Origin: Candidatus Avedoeria danica
Lineage (GTDB): Bacteria; Chloroflexota; Anaerolineae; Epilineales; Epilineaceae
Direction of reading: 5' to 3'
Length of the DNA stretch: 64,000 bases
NCBI GenBank assembly: GCA_016703025.1
Contig: JADJCV010000003.1
Span: 175,635 to 239,634, forward strand
Shown here: positions 37,139 through 51,700 of the stretch, piece by piece
Numbering within the stretch: the stretch's first letter is position 1
How the letters are laid out: every line of letters starts with the position of its first letter
Made by a program: the position numbers and the translations under genes
The notes under the pieces: model-generated
Told to the model about the DNA's origin: nothing
The model's database searches: none
The model's input: only the letters and a program-made list of their open reading frames with translations

Positions 37139-40100
37139 ATGTTGTGTCGAGTTCGTACGCGAAGTTGGATGGCGATTCTGGCGTCGGCCCTCGTGGCCGC
37201 CGCAGCGACCACGGGCGCCGCTCGGGCCCAGTCCGAGGACGGCGCAGCACCGGCAGGGTGCGCTGCCGGTGCCTGGGACGGCAACCTCGACTGTTCACCC
37301 CACCAGACCAAGATGGACGATCCGGTCGTCGACCAGGTCGAATCCATCGAGCCTGAGTTCGAGGCCGTGCGCAACACCTCGAGCCACGAGATGTGCCGCC
37401 TGCTCGCCGATGATCAGGCCCGCGAGGCGGCCGGCTGCTTCGAAGCCGCCAAGGCCGTCGACGTGCCCGCACCTCCTGGCCCGGGCAACACGGCGCTCAA
37501 TGGTCTGCCGATGTCCTTCGTCGCCAACCGCGGCCAGCGGCCGGCGGAAGTGCGGTTCGAGGTGAAGCGCAGCGGCCATAGCCTGTTCTTCACACCCGAC
37601 GCCGTGGTGTTCGCCGCCGAGGCCGCCGACGGCTCGGCGAAGACGGACGTCCGCATGACGTTCGACGGCGCGGCCGACGCGCCTCGTGTCAGTGGCATCG
37701 ACGCCCTTCCGGGCGTCCAGAGCTACTTCAGCGGCGACAAGTCCGTCACGGGCATACCGACGTTCGGCGGTGTCCGCTACGGCGCCCTCTATCCGGGCAT
37801 CGACCTGACGTTCAGCGGCCAGGCGGGCGCGCTGAAGCGCGAGTTCGTCGTGGCGCCGGGCGCCGACCCGTCGGCCATCCGGATGCGCTACGCCGGCGTG
37901 ACGGACATCCGCGTCACGGACGCCGGTGACCTCGCGCTCGAGACCGCGCTCTCGACGCTGACCGAGCAGAAGCCGTTCGTCTATCAGGAAGTCGCCGGTC
38001 GGCGCGTCGAGGTCGAGTCGGCCTACGCCGTCGACGGCCGCGTCGTCACGTTCGAGCTCGGCGCGTACGATTCGGCGCTCCCGCTCGTGATCGACCCGAT
38101 CTTCCAGTTCAGCACCGTCATCGGGACGACGGCGAGCGACATCGTCAACGCCCAGGTCCTCGACGCCGCCGGCAACGTCTACATCGTCGGCCTGACGAAC
38201 CTCGCGACGTTCCCGACCGGCGGCACGTCGACGACGTTCGGCACGAACGGTGGGCAGGAGGCGTTTGCCGCCAAGCTCACGCCCGATCTGAGCACGCTGC
38301 TCTACTCGGTGGTCCTGGCCAGCTCGAGCACGGACTCGGCGATCGCTGCGTCCATCCAGCCGGGCACGACGCAGCTCGACATCTTCGGCACGACCTTGAC
38401 GAGCAACTTCCCGGTTTGCACCGGCTTCGGCCTGCCCTTCGCCACGTGCACCGGCGCCGCGTTCGACACGACGTTCAACGGCGGCGCGGACTACTTCGTC
38501 GCCCGGCTGAACGCGGCCGGGACGGGGCTGCTCGGCAGCACGTACCTCGGCGGCACGTCCACCGAGCAGGGCGTCGGCGGCATCGACACGTATGCCAACG
38601 GCGACGTCTGGGTCGTCGGCAGCTCCAGCTCGACGAACTATCCGTTCCTGAACCCGTTCGCCGGGACGCAGACGTCCCTCACCGCCGGCAGCACCGACCC
38701 GGTGATCACCGGCCTGCGCGCGGACCACACCCTCACGTTCGCCAGCGGCTACCTCGGCGGCAACACGACGGACCAGGCGTTCGCCGTGACGATCGACCAG
38801 TCCGGCTTGGACTTCCATGTTGCCGGCGTGACGTTCTCGTCGACGTTCCCGATCTGCACCGGCGCCGGGACGATGCTGAACGGCAACGTGAACAACTCGT
38901 GCACCGTCGCCGGCTTCGACACGTCGTTCAACTCCAGTTCGGACAGCTACGTGATGCGGATCGCGAACACGCTGCGCGTCGTGGCCAGCACGTACGTCGG
39001 CGGGACGAGCACGGACCAGTTCTTCGCCGTCGACCGCATCGGGGACGACACGGTCGCGTTCGGCAACACGCTGAGCAACCCCTACCCGACCACGCTCGGC
39101 GCGTTCGACACGACGTTCAACACGGGCGCCGACTACGCGTTGACGCGCTTGAACGGCGATCTGTCGTCGCTGGTCTACAGCACCTACATCGGCGGGTCCG
39201 GCACCGAGGGCGGCCGCGGCATCGACCTCGATGCCGCCAACCAGGCCCACGTCACCGGCTTCAGCTCGTCGGCGAACTTCCCGGTGCTCCTCGCGCCGGA
39301 CGGGACGCTGACGACGGCCAACGACGCCACCGTGACGAAGGTCACGGCGGACGGCTCGGCGCTGCTCTACAGCACGTACCTTGGCGCGGCCGGCAACGAG
39401 AACGGCCTCGCGCTCGACGTGTCGGCCAACGGCAACACCGCCTACGTCGCCGGCCTGACGTCCGCGGCGACCTTCCCGACGACGCCCGGCGCGTTCGACA
39501 CGACGCACAACGGCAGCAACGACGGCTTCGTGACGGCCGTGTCGCTTGCGCCGATCATGATCGGCGTGACCACATTCGAGGACCTGACCAAGTCCGTCCC
39601 GGGCGAGGATTGCCTCGGCTCGGGCGACCACGTCCTTGTCACGGTCAGCATGACGAACGCGGGTGACTTGCCGGCCACGAGCGGCACCTACACCGCTGCG
39701 TTCCCGCAGGGACTCGTCGGCGACACCGGCTCGTGCAGCGATCCCGGCTGTGCCGTCACCCCCGGCGGCGTGTCGGCGAACTTCACGTTCGCCCCGCCCC
39801 TTGCCCCGGGCTCCACGTTCGTGTTCACATACCGCGTCTACATTTCCGGTGGGACCTTCGGTCGCCGAATCCTCACGGTCGTGGCCAGCGGCTCGTTCGG
39901 CGCGAACGGCATCACGTCCTCGCAGGATCTGAGCTACGAGCTCGCGATGACGTGCCCGCCGCAGGTCGACCCGAACAGCCAGCTCGGCAAGCAGGTCCAC
40001 CTCCCGATCCTGAACTTCCAGGGCCAGGACGACGTCTGCGAGAGCTGGATCGAGGTCCAGAACCTGGGCTGCCGGATCGCCAAGGCGGCGCTGGTCACGT

Positions 40101-42307
40101 GGGGCGAGCCGGGCTTCTGCCCGCCGCAGGCCGCCGGCCCGCTGAAGGTGGAGTGCACCGGTCTCATCAAGCCCGGCAGCACGTGGAACCTCTACGGCGC
40201 GCAGGTCCCGACCGGTTCGAAGAGCGGTATCCTCTTCAAGCTGTCGGCCCGCCAGCTGTCCGAGGACGGCATCGACGTCATCCCCGAGGACGACATCACG
40301 GGCGACTACGTCTGCGAGGTCCTCTTCTTCAACGTCGTCGGTGACGCGGACGACTATCGCCGCTTCAAGAAGGCCTACAACGAGGGCCTCGTGTTCGACG
40401 GCATCGACATGGTCCGCGCTTCCGGCGACGGCCTGCTGGCGGTCGACGTGCACCGCAGCTGCCCCGGCGACGCGACCCCGGGCGTGGACGTGACGAGCAA
40501 GTACAACGGCCTGGCCGGTACGCACCTCGGCACCTACGACGAGGTCTACGGCGGGTACAGCTACTACGTGCCGCTCGTGTACGCCAGCGCCGCCGGCTTC
40601 AACACGATCATCTACATCCAGAACGGCGGCCTCATGTGCTCGTCGCTGGAGATCTGGTTCAAGGCCCGCGACGACTGCCTGCGCGCGACGATCTGCGACA
40701 TCGCGACGCTGGCGCCGGGCGAGACCTACCAGCTGGACGCGAACGACTGCGTGGGCCCGGACTTCCAGGGCAGCGCGTGGATCCGCTCGACGCAGGTGAT
40801 GGGGATCGCGGTGGACATCATCGGCGGCGACGTCCTGATGACGTACGTCGGCGAGCCGGGCGAGATCAACTACACGTTCGATCCGGACCGCTCGACCACC
40901 AAGGACGGCAACCAGGTGGGGTTCGCGCCCCTGACGTACAGCGAGTACCAGGGTTGGGACGCCGGCATCCAGGTGCAGAACCTGAGCGCGGTGTTCGCCG
41001 CCAAGGTGAAGATCTACTTCCTCGACCGCTCGGGCGACATCGTCACGACGCTGGTGGACTGGGTCTGCCCGCGCGGGAGCCAGACGTTCTTCCTGCCGGT
41101 CGTGTATGACCTGCCGGGGAACTGGGTCGGGAGCGCGCGCGCGGAGAGCCAGGAGTGGATCACGCCGGGTGGTCCGAACATCCTCGCGCCGAACATCGTG
41201 GGCATCGTGACGCTGATCAAGTACACGGACGTGGCGCGGACCTCGAAGACCGAGGCGATCGCCTACAACATGCTGCCCGAGCATAAGATCTATGACTGGC
41301 AGATCGGCTCGATCGGCGGCGGGCTGGACAGCGGCGTCGGCCTGATCGCCATCCCGTCCGTTCTGCGCGACCTCGAGAACAGCGGCCTCACGTCGGAGAT
41401 CGCGATCGCGAACGTCGTGCCGAAGCCCGGCTTCACCGACCTCGTGATCTACTTCTACGACCAGAACGGCCTGCTGGACTACATCTGCCAGAAGCTGAAC
41501 GAGAAGCAGGTCGAGTACATCGACCTCCAGACGTGGGGCTACATCAACGACGGCTTCAAGGGCTCGGCCATCATCAGCGCCTGGTTCTGGGAGCACGACG
41601 TCTTCGACGACGAGGGCGTGTTCCTGCGCAACCTCGTCGGCCTCGGCGCCGTCTCGATCGAGCGCAAGGGGACGCACCTGGGCGAGGACGTACCGGGCGA
41701 CGAGTCGGCGGGTGACCGCGGCATCCCGTTCGCCCAGACGTACGACGAAGAGGGCGAGCCGGTCTTCGAGTTCTGCTTCATGGGGCCGGCGCCGCTCTGC
41801 CCGGGCTTCCCGGACAGGCGTCCGCAGCCCGGCGACGGTCCGGCGTGCATCTCGGCGCCGCTCGGCGACACCTTCGAGGCCACGAGCGGTCAGGGCAGCG
41901 GCTATGCCGACTGGCTGACCTACCAGGCGAACACGCGCGTCTTCCGCGACGGTGTGGCCAGCACGTGCAACCCGAAGGCGTGCCCCGGCACGAGCGGCGG
42001 CGGCGGCAACTTTGACCTCTACTACTTCAACAACTGCGACCGCGGCGAGCACTGCTTCACCGTGACGGTGAACACGGGTACGTGCACGACGAACATCCAC
42101 GGCGTCGCGTTCGCCGGCGAGGTCCCCGACGGCAGCGCGTTCGCCTGCCAGCTCGGCGACGCGGTCTACGTCGGCGATCTCGGTTCGAGCCTGTCCCAGC
42201 CGTTCTCGTTCACGATCCCGGCTGGAACGGCGCGGTGGACGCTGATGTTCCACAACAACTTCGGCGCCGCCACGTGTGACTACAGCTTCGTGATCACGGA
42301 GAACTAG
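37139..42307 (+). CDS. Giant secreted paralog C (1722 aa), with the same architecture but diverged N-terminal half and a different PPC-like C-terminal domain
   Basis: AGGGAGG lies 10 nt upstream of the ATG. The signal peptide is MLCRVRTRSWMAILASALVAAAATTGAARA. Has a DUF7948-like region (FVANRGQRPAEVRF...), SBBP repeats and a DUF11-like domain. The core from NSQLGKQVHLPILNFQGQDD to EFCFMGP is almost identical to A and B. Confidence 0.9.
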   Translation: MLCRVRTRSWMAILASALVAAAATTGAARAQSEDGAAPAGCAAGAWDGNLDCSPHQTKMDDPVVDQVESIEPEFEAVRNTSSHEMCRLLADDQAREAAGCFEAAKAVDVPAPPGPGNTALNGLPMSFVANRGQRPAEVRFEVKRSGHSLFFTPDAVVFAAEAADGSAKTDVRMTFDGAADAPRVSGIDALPGVQSYFSGDKSVTGIPTFGGVRYGALYPGIDLTFSGQAGALKREFVVAPGADPSAIRMRYAGVTDIRVTDAGDLALETALSTLTEQKPFVYQEVAGRRVEVESAYAVDGRVVTFELGAYDSALPLVIDPIFQFSTVIGTTASDIVNAQVLDAAGNVYIVGLTNLATFPTGGTSTTFGTNGGQEAFAAKLTPDLSTLLYSVVLASSSTDSAIAASIQPGTTQLDIFGTTLTSNFPVCTGFGLPFATCTGAAFDTTFNGGADYFVARLNAAGTGLLGSTYLGGTSTEQGVGGIDTYANGDVWVVGSSSSTNYPFLNPFAGTQTSLTAGSTDPVITGLRADHTLTFASGYLGGNTTDQAFAVTIDQSGLDFHVAGVTFSSTFPICTGAGTMLNGNVNNSCTVAGFDTSFNSSSDSYVMRIANTLRVVASTYVGGTSTDQFFAVDRIGDDTVAFGNTLSNPYPTTLGAFDTTFNTGADYALTRLNGDLSSLVYSTYIGGSGTEGGRGIDLDAANQAHVTGFSSSANFPVLLAPDGTLTTANDATVTKVTADGSALLYSTYLGAAGNENGLALDVSANGNTAYVAGLTSAATFPTTPGAFDTTHNGSNDGFVTAVSLAPIMIGVTTFEDLTKSVPGEDCLGSGDHVLVTVSMTNAGDLPATSGTYTAAFPQGLVGDTGSCSDPGCAVTPGGVSANFTFAPPLAPGSTFVFTYRVYISGGTFGRRILTVVASGSFGANGITSSQDLSYELAMTCPPQVDPNSQLGKQVHLPILNFQGQDDVCESWIEVQNLGCRIAKAALVTWGEPGFCPPQAAGPLKVECTGLIKPGSTWNLYGAQVPTGSKSGILFKLSARQLSEDGIDVIPEDDITGDYVCEVLFFNVVGDADDYRRFKKAYNEGLVFDGIDMVRASGDGLLAVDVHRSCPGDATPGVDVTSKYNGLAGTHLGTYDEVYGGYSYYVPLVYASAAGFNTIIYIQNGGLMCSSLEIWFKARDDCLRATICDIATLAPGETYQLDANDCVGPDFQGSAWIRSTQVMGIAVDIIGGDVLMTYVGEPGEINYTFDPDRSTTKDGNQVGFAPLTYSEYQGWDAGIQVQNLSAVFAAKVKIYFLDRSGDIVTTLVDWVCPRGSQTFFLPVVYDLPGNWVGSARAESQEWITPGGPNILAPNIVGIVTLIKYTDVARTSKTEAIAYNMLPEHKIYDWQIGSIGGGLDSGVGLIAIPSVLRDLENSGLTSEIAIANVVPKPGFTDLVIYFYDQNGLLDYICQKLNEKQVEYIDLQTWGYINDGFKGSAIISAWFWEHDVFDDEGVFLRNLVGLGAVSIERKGTHLGEDVPGDESAGDRGIPFAQTYDEEGEPVFEFCFMGPAPLCPGFPDRRPQPGDGPACISAPLGDTFEATSGQGSGYADWLTYQANTRVFRDGVASTCNPKACPGTSGGGGNFDLYYFNNCDRGEHCFTVTVNTGTCTTNIHGVAFAGEVPDGSAFACQLGDAVYVGDLGSSLSQPFSFTIPAGTARWTLMFHNNFGAATCDYSFVITEN

Positions 42308-42330
42308 TTAGACCACGGGGAAACGATCCG

Positions 42331-42384
42331 CCGGCGCTGGAGGCGCATGCCGCGCAGCCAAGCGGCATGCGCCTCCAGCGCCGG
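42331..42384 (+). terminator. Perfect 23-bp-stem hairpin after paralog C
   Basis: CCGGCGCTGGAGGCGCATGCCGC, an 8-nt loop, then GCGGCATGCGCCTCCAGCGCCGG. Lies 24 nt after the stop. There is no U tract. Confidence 0.7.
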
Positions 42385-42605
42385 TGGACAACCTCCGACT
42401 CCTCCGCATGGTCGCCGGCACGGTCCAAGGCAATCGTACTCTCTACGTTGCACGGGATCGTGCCGACGGCGCCGAGCCAACCACGACGGGCTCGGCCGGC
42501 CCCTGCTGCTTCGCGCGGCAGGGGCCGCTGCATGTCCGGCGACTGTCGGTTGAAGGGCCGATGGGCCTATCCTAGGCGACACCCCCGCCGCGCCCCAGTG
42601 GGCGC

Positions 42606-43457
42606 ATGCTCGCCTGGACAATGCCGATGGATCGCCTCCCGAGCGCCGAACCCTTCCAGCATCCCGACGCCTACGACGGCGTTGCCGACGCGTACGACCG
42701 CTTCTGGGGCGACGCGCTGGCGCCTGCCATGCTCGGCGCGCTCGACCGCCTGCTGGCGTCCGTCCCTCCGACAGACGGCCGCGGCCGACTCCTCGACCTG
42801 TGCTGCGGCACCGGCCAGCTGGCCGCCGGCCTGACGGACCGCGGTTGGACCGTTGTCGGCGTCGACGGCGCGGAGGCGATGCTCGAGCGAGCCCGTCGCC
42901 GCGCGCCGACCACCACGTTCGTCCGGTCGGACATGCGGGCGTTTGGCATCGGCGGGGTCCTGCCGGGCGAGAGCGGCTCGGAGCCGCCGTTCGATGTCGT
43001 CGTCTGCGCGTTCGACAGCTTGAACCACTTGCCGGACGCCGCCGCGCTGGAGGAGGTACTCGGCCGCGTATTCGGCGCGCTCCGCCCCGGCGGCCGGTTC
43101 GTGTTCGACGTCAACCTGCGCGCAGGCTTCGAGGCGCGCTTCGAGGGCTCGCTCGGCTTCGCGGACACCGATCTGGTGTGCGTCGTCAACGCCGGCTTCG
43201 ACGGCTTGTACGGGCGCTACGATATCGCCGTGCTGCGGCCCGAAGCGCCGGCAGCGCTCGAAGCGCCAGCAGTGCCCGAAACGGCCTGGCGTCGGACGGA
43301 CACGACCCTCGTGCAGCGTTGCTTCGAGCTGTCCGAGATCCTCGCCGCGCTCGCCAACTCCGGCTTTCCGGACCCTGTCGTGCTGGATGCTGAAGACGAT
43401 CTGGGGATGGACGGGCATATCGGGCGGGCGGTGTTCGTCGTCGACCGACCGGGGTAA
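42606..43457 (+). CDS. Class I SAM-dependent methyltransferase
   Basis: LLDLCCGTGQLAAGL (motif I), VVGVDGAEAMLERAR, FDVVVCAFDSLNHL, ALRPGGRFVFDVN. Confidence 0.85.
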   Translation: MLAWTMPMDRLPSAEPFQHPDAYDGVADAYDRFWGDALAPAMLGALDRLLASVPPTDGRGRLLDLCCGTGQLAAGLTDRGWTVVGVDGAEAMLERARRRAPTTTFVRSDMRAFGIGGVLPGESGSEPPFDVVVCAFDSLNHLPDAAALEEVLGRVFGALRPGGRFVFDVNLRAGFEARFEGSLGFADTDLVCVVNAGFDGLYGRYDIAVLRPEAPAALEAPAVPETAWRRTDTTLVQRCFELSEILAALANSGFPDPVVLDAEDDLGMDGHIGRAVFVVDRPG

Positions 43458-43538
43458 GGCGTCGCCGCGGGGCCCGTGCGTCGGCCGCTCGGGCGACGGG
43501 CATTGGGCTTCAGCCGTTGCGCGCTGCCTCCCAGCACG

Positions 43539-47857
<4,319 letters not shown>

Positions 47858-47861
<4 letters not shown>

Positions 47862-48634
47862 CGTTCCACCTCCGCAGCCCGCAGCCGTTCGCGCAACGTG
47901 ACGAGCGCGCGCCGCTGGAGCTGTTTGATCGCCATCTCGGACCGCCCGAGCTGGGCGGCGGTCTCGGCCAACGAGAGGCCGACACCGAAGCGCAGCGCCA
48001 ACACTTCCTGCTGCGCTTCGCTCAGCACGCCGAGGTGCTGGGACAGATCATCGAGCCGGACGCGCCGGACGGCGATGTCGTCCAGCGCGGCGGCATGCGG
48101 GTCGGCGAGGTTGCGCAGCGACGGCCCGTCGGCGCTTTCGTCGTCGTCGGCATCGATCGAGACCTCGGAACCGCGCCGCTCGGTGCCCACCCAATGGTTC
48201 ACGACGCGGTTGTGGGCGATCCGCAGCAGCCAGGCCTCGAAGCGCTCCGGGGCGTCAAGACGCGGCAGGCCGCGCAGCGCGTTCACGTAGATGTCCTGCG
48301 TGAGGTCGGCGGCGACGTTCGCATCGCGGACGCGCAACCAGACGTAGCGGTGGATGCGGTCGACCGTCGCCTCGTACAGCTGGCCGAACGCCGACGCGTC
48401 GCCCTGCGCCGCCCGGCGCACGAGATCGATCGGCACGCGGGAGGGCTCCGGCACGTGCGATGTCTCGAGGGGGGCACTTGGCGCGATCGTGTTCACTGGG
48501 CCGCCTGGCTCCATCGCTGTCGTTGGTGTTGTCGTCGGCGTCGTACGGCGCGGCGGTGCGGGCTCGGCCGCCCACAGATTTCGCGCGGGCGCGAACACAC
48601 GGCCGCGGGCAGGCGACAGACCCAAGGCTACCAC
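47858..48634 (-). CDS. ECF-type sigma-70 family RNA polymerase sigma factor
   Basis: Region 2 reads FGQLYEATVDRIHRYVWLRVRDANVAADLTQDIYVNALRGL...FEAWLLRIAHNRVVNHW. Region 4 reads LSEAQQEVLALRFGVGLSLAETAAQLGRSEMAIKQLQRRAL. The GTG at 48634 has AAAGGTGG 6 nt upstream. The alternative start, ATG 48514, would remove a 40-aa Pro/Thr-rich extension. Confidence 0.85.
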
Positions 48635-48657
48635 TTCCGGCCACCTTTGACCACCGA

Positions 48658-48686
48658 CTGACGGCGTGCGAACAGTCCTCGTTCGG
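48658..48686 (-). promoter_or_regulatory. ECF-type promoter candidate CCGAAC-N17-CGTCAG upstream of the sigma gene
   Basis: The minus strand reads TGTCCGAACgaggactgttcgcacgcCGTCAG. The -10 ends about 24 nt before the GTG at 48634. The -35 box is part of a 15-bp tandem repeat. Confidence 0.4.
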
Positions 48687-48710
48687 ACAGTCCTCGTTCG
48701 GACAGTGTCC
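48672..48710. repeat. 15-bp tandem repeat (ACAGTCCTCGTTCGG), 2 full copies plus a degenerate third
   Basis: Read directly: 48672-48686, 48687-48701, and a partial copy at 48702-48710. Confidence 0.9.
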
Positions 48711-48729
48711 GGGGTGCGAGCCGCTCCGT

Positions 48730-48771
48730 GCGCATCGTTCCCGTCATCTTGCGCATCGTTCCCGTCATCTT
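48730..48771. repeat. 21-bp perfect tandem repeat (GCGCATCGTTCCCGTCATCTT), 2 copies
   Basis: Copies at 48730-48750 and 48751-48771. The second copy contains the stop codon of the 48765..52382 gene. Confidence 0.9.
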
Positions 48772-51700
48772 CGGAGCGCCGGCATGTAGGCGATCATCCG
48801 ATCCGGGCCCGCCGTCGGCGTGGCACCGGGGATCTGCACCGGCTCGAGCGGCGGGCGGTTGCTCGGCAGGCACGTGTTGGACAGGTGGAAGTCCACCTTG
48901 GCGCTGCCGAGCGGGAAGTCGACCGCCGCGAGGTGGCGCACGGCCGGGCTGTTCGGGCAGCCGAGCCACGCGCCCGGCAACGCCTCGATCGACACGTCGT
49001 AGCCGCCGGCGTCCGGCGCGCCGAGGCTGAACGGGGCAATCTCGATCCGATCGACGGAGATCGAGCGCTGGCGCGCCACCTCGTCGCCGGCGGCGTTGCG
49101 GACGACGAACGTCAGTGCCGGCAAGGGCGATCGGGCCGCGGCGGCGCGGTCGGCGTCGTCGTACGTGCCGTCGCACGCGGGGCAGGCCGGGTCGTCGTTG
49201 CCCGTGACGTTGACGACGGCCACGGCGAGGAGCGTGACCTTGCCACCGCCGGGCGTCGCCGTGCCGGCCACGGAGCGCGTCGGTGTTGCGGTCGGCGTCC
49301 GGGTGGCGGTCGGCACCGGGCCGACATCGGCGGTCTTCTCGAGCTGCGGGACGAGCAGCCGCGCCGGCGGGACGGCCGGCCGCGGCAGGATGCGCATCGC
49401 CGCGGCCATCGCGTCGTCGTGCAGCCCGTCGTCGGACGTCTCGGCGTACGTGGCGACGACCGGCCCGGTGGCGGTGATCTCAGCCCATGCGCCCGGCGCG
49501 GCCGCGGCGCCGACGACCGCGCGGCCGTCGAAGGCGACCGCCGCGCCCGCGGGCAGCGCGGCGGTGCAGCCCGCGCAGGCAAGCGCGCCGCCGGCCGCGT
49601 CGTGCACGTCGAGCGCGACGTTCACGACGGCGTCGCCGACGTTCATCACGTGGATCGTCGTCGCGCGCCCATCGCGACCGGTCAGCAGGCGCGGCACGAG
49701 CCAGCGGCCACCGGCATCGGCGGCGGCCATCAGCCGATCGGCCGCCACGGCCCACCCACCGGCCGCGCTCGAGACGGACTCGACGGCGAGGCCGATGATC
49801 CCGCCGTCGAGCGTCGTCAGTGTGGCCGCCGCCGCGCAGCCGGCGGGCATCGCCGGCTCGGCGCCGACGTCGACGATGCGGTTCGCGCCGGCGGCCACGC
49901 TGAACGGCGCGCCGCTCAGCCGGAAACCGGCGCACGTGCCGGCCGTGCCGAGGTAGGCCGGCCGGACGACGACGGCCGTCGCACCGGGGTTGGCGACGAC
50001 GAGGCGCGTGTTCCGCCGCGCGCCGCTGCCGGCGCCCCCGAGCGGGCCGGCGGCCGCGACGCCGCGCACGACGCGCGGGGCGAAGAGCTTGGCGGCGGCG
50101 TCCGAGAGGCGCACCGCGCCGACATCGTACGCCCCGCGTGCGCTCGCGGCGGCGTCGACGAGCACCTGGGCGCCGAACGGCCGGTCGCTCGTCAGCCGCG
50201 CCCAGCCGTCGAACGCCGCGGGGGCGGCGATCGCCAGCCGGAACACGGCGCTCGGACCGACGGCGACGGACTGGCTGCCGACCTGTCGGCCGGTGCGGTC
50301 GAGGAACTCGGCGTGTACGTTCACGAGGAAGGTGGCCGCCGGATTGTGGATGGACAGCACGCCGGTCTCCCCGGCCGCCCCTTGCGGCGCGAACGGCACG
50401 GCCAGCTCGAATCCCTCGGCGGCGGGCTCGGCGAGGACGGCGGCCCCGCCCGTCCACTCCGTCCGCGCCGCGGCGCCGACCGCATGACCGCCGACGACGA
50501 TGGCGGCATACCGGCCGAGGCCGACGTCGTCCAGCGCGGCCAGTGCAAGCGCGTGCGGCCGGAGCGGCGGCTGGTCGCGGACGATGCGCGTCGGACCGAC
50601 CTTCGTGCCACCCACGGTCCCGCTGCCTTGGACGAGGAAAAGATCGGCCGCCAGGAACGCCGGGGCGTCCTCGAGGTTGGCCAGCTGAAGCGTGCTCAGC
50701 GCGCCGCCGGCCATGCCGCCGCCGGGCGCGAAGGGCGGGACGGTCGGCGGTGGGGTCGCGCTCGGGGCGGCGATCGGGGTGGTTGGCGTCGCGGTGGCGG
50801 CGTCCGCGGGGGGGGCGGCGCGCAGGACCAGGGGGAGCCACGTTCCCGGACTGGTGTCATCGCCGGTGCTGAGCCAGCGGAAGACCGCCGGCCACAGGAC
50901 CGCATCGCCGCTGCCGTCGGCCGGCGCAGCGCGGACGATCGCGACGATGCGACCCTCGTCGGCGGCGACGACGGCGCCGCCGGCCTGGGCGCGCAGCCCG
51001 GCCGGGAGCGCCGCCGCGCGCAACCGCCACGTACTGAACGGGGCGATGAGGCGGCGGCACGGCTCGCCGCAGTCCAACAGCGTGCCGTCGGCTGTTGCGA
51101 GATGGACCGTCGCCGAGGCGAACGTGCCTTCGAGGTTCATGATGAACAGATCGCTGTCGAGCGCCGCGCCGCTGTCGTCGGCGGCGAACCACGGGACAGC
51201 CAACTCGGCCAAGGACGAGGCGCCGTCGTCGCGCCGGAGCGCGTTCGTGGCGGCGGCCAGCGTCTGATCGCCGCGCGTCTGGCGGGCGATGAGCGTGGCG
51301 GCGATGGGCTGGTCCGCACTGATGAGGGCCGTCGCCAGACAGCCCGCGGGCAGGCCGCTCGGACTGGTCGGCAGGCCGGCGCCGTCGCCCTGATCGAAGA
51401 TCGTCATTGCGCCGGCAGCTAGAGTAACGGGCGGATGGGCGATCGTCTGCCCCGCGCACGTCCCGCCGAAGCCGACATAACTCACGCGCACGTCGCCGCC
51501 GGCCCCGCCGACGTTCACGACGGCCAGGCGGGTGGCATCCGGGCCGAGCGACGGGTCGTCCGGCAGCGCGGCGTGGACGAGCGGGACGAAGAGGGCGGTG
51601 GTGCCGCGCTCGGCAGGCACGCCGGCGAAGTCGTACACCGCCGCGGTCTCAGCCACATCCACGAGGGCGTGGACCACGGGGATCGCGTCTCCGACGGGGT

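Noticed and set aside
26125-42253. Very long minus-strand ORFs antisense to the three giant paralogs (26125..30888, 31490..36874, 37295..42253)
   Set aside because: These translations are Arg/Asp/Ala/Val/Gly-rich with no recognisable domains, whereas the plus strand carries clear domain signatures. Stop-free antisense frames are expected at this GC content. The same reasoning rejects 12560..16117(+), 17568..21737(-), 21888..25856(-), 23120..25843(+), 48666..51422(+), 52669..56127(+), 52772..56365(-), 61271..63517(+) and 61887..63902(-).
42384-42575. Small ORFs in the 300-bp gap after paralog C (for example 42384..42575)
   Set aside because: They have no ribosome-binding site and no recognisable motif. 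The region is dominated by hairpins (42331-42384 and 42497-42527), consistent with a terminator or intergenic region.
48672-48771. CRISPR array
   Set aside because: Only two to three contiguous tandem copies are present, with no spacers, and there are no cas genes in the window.
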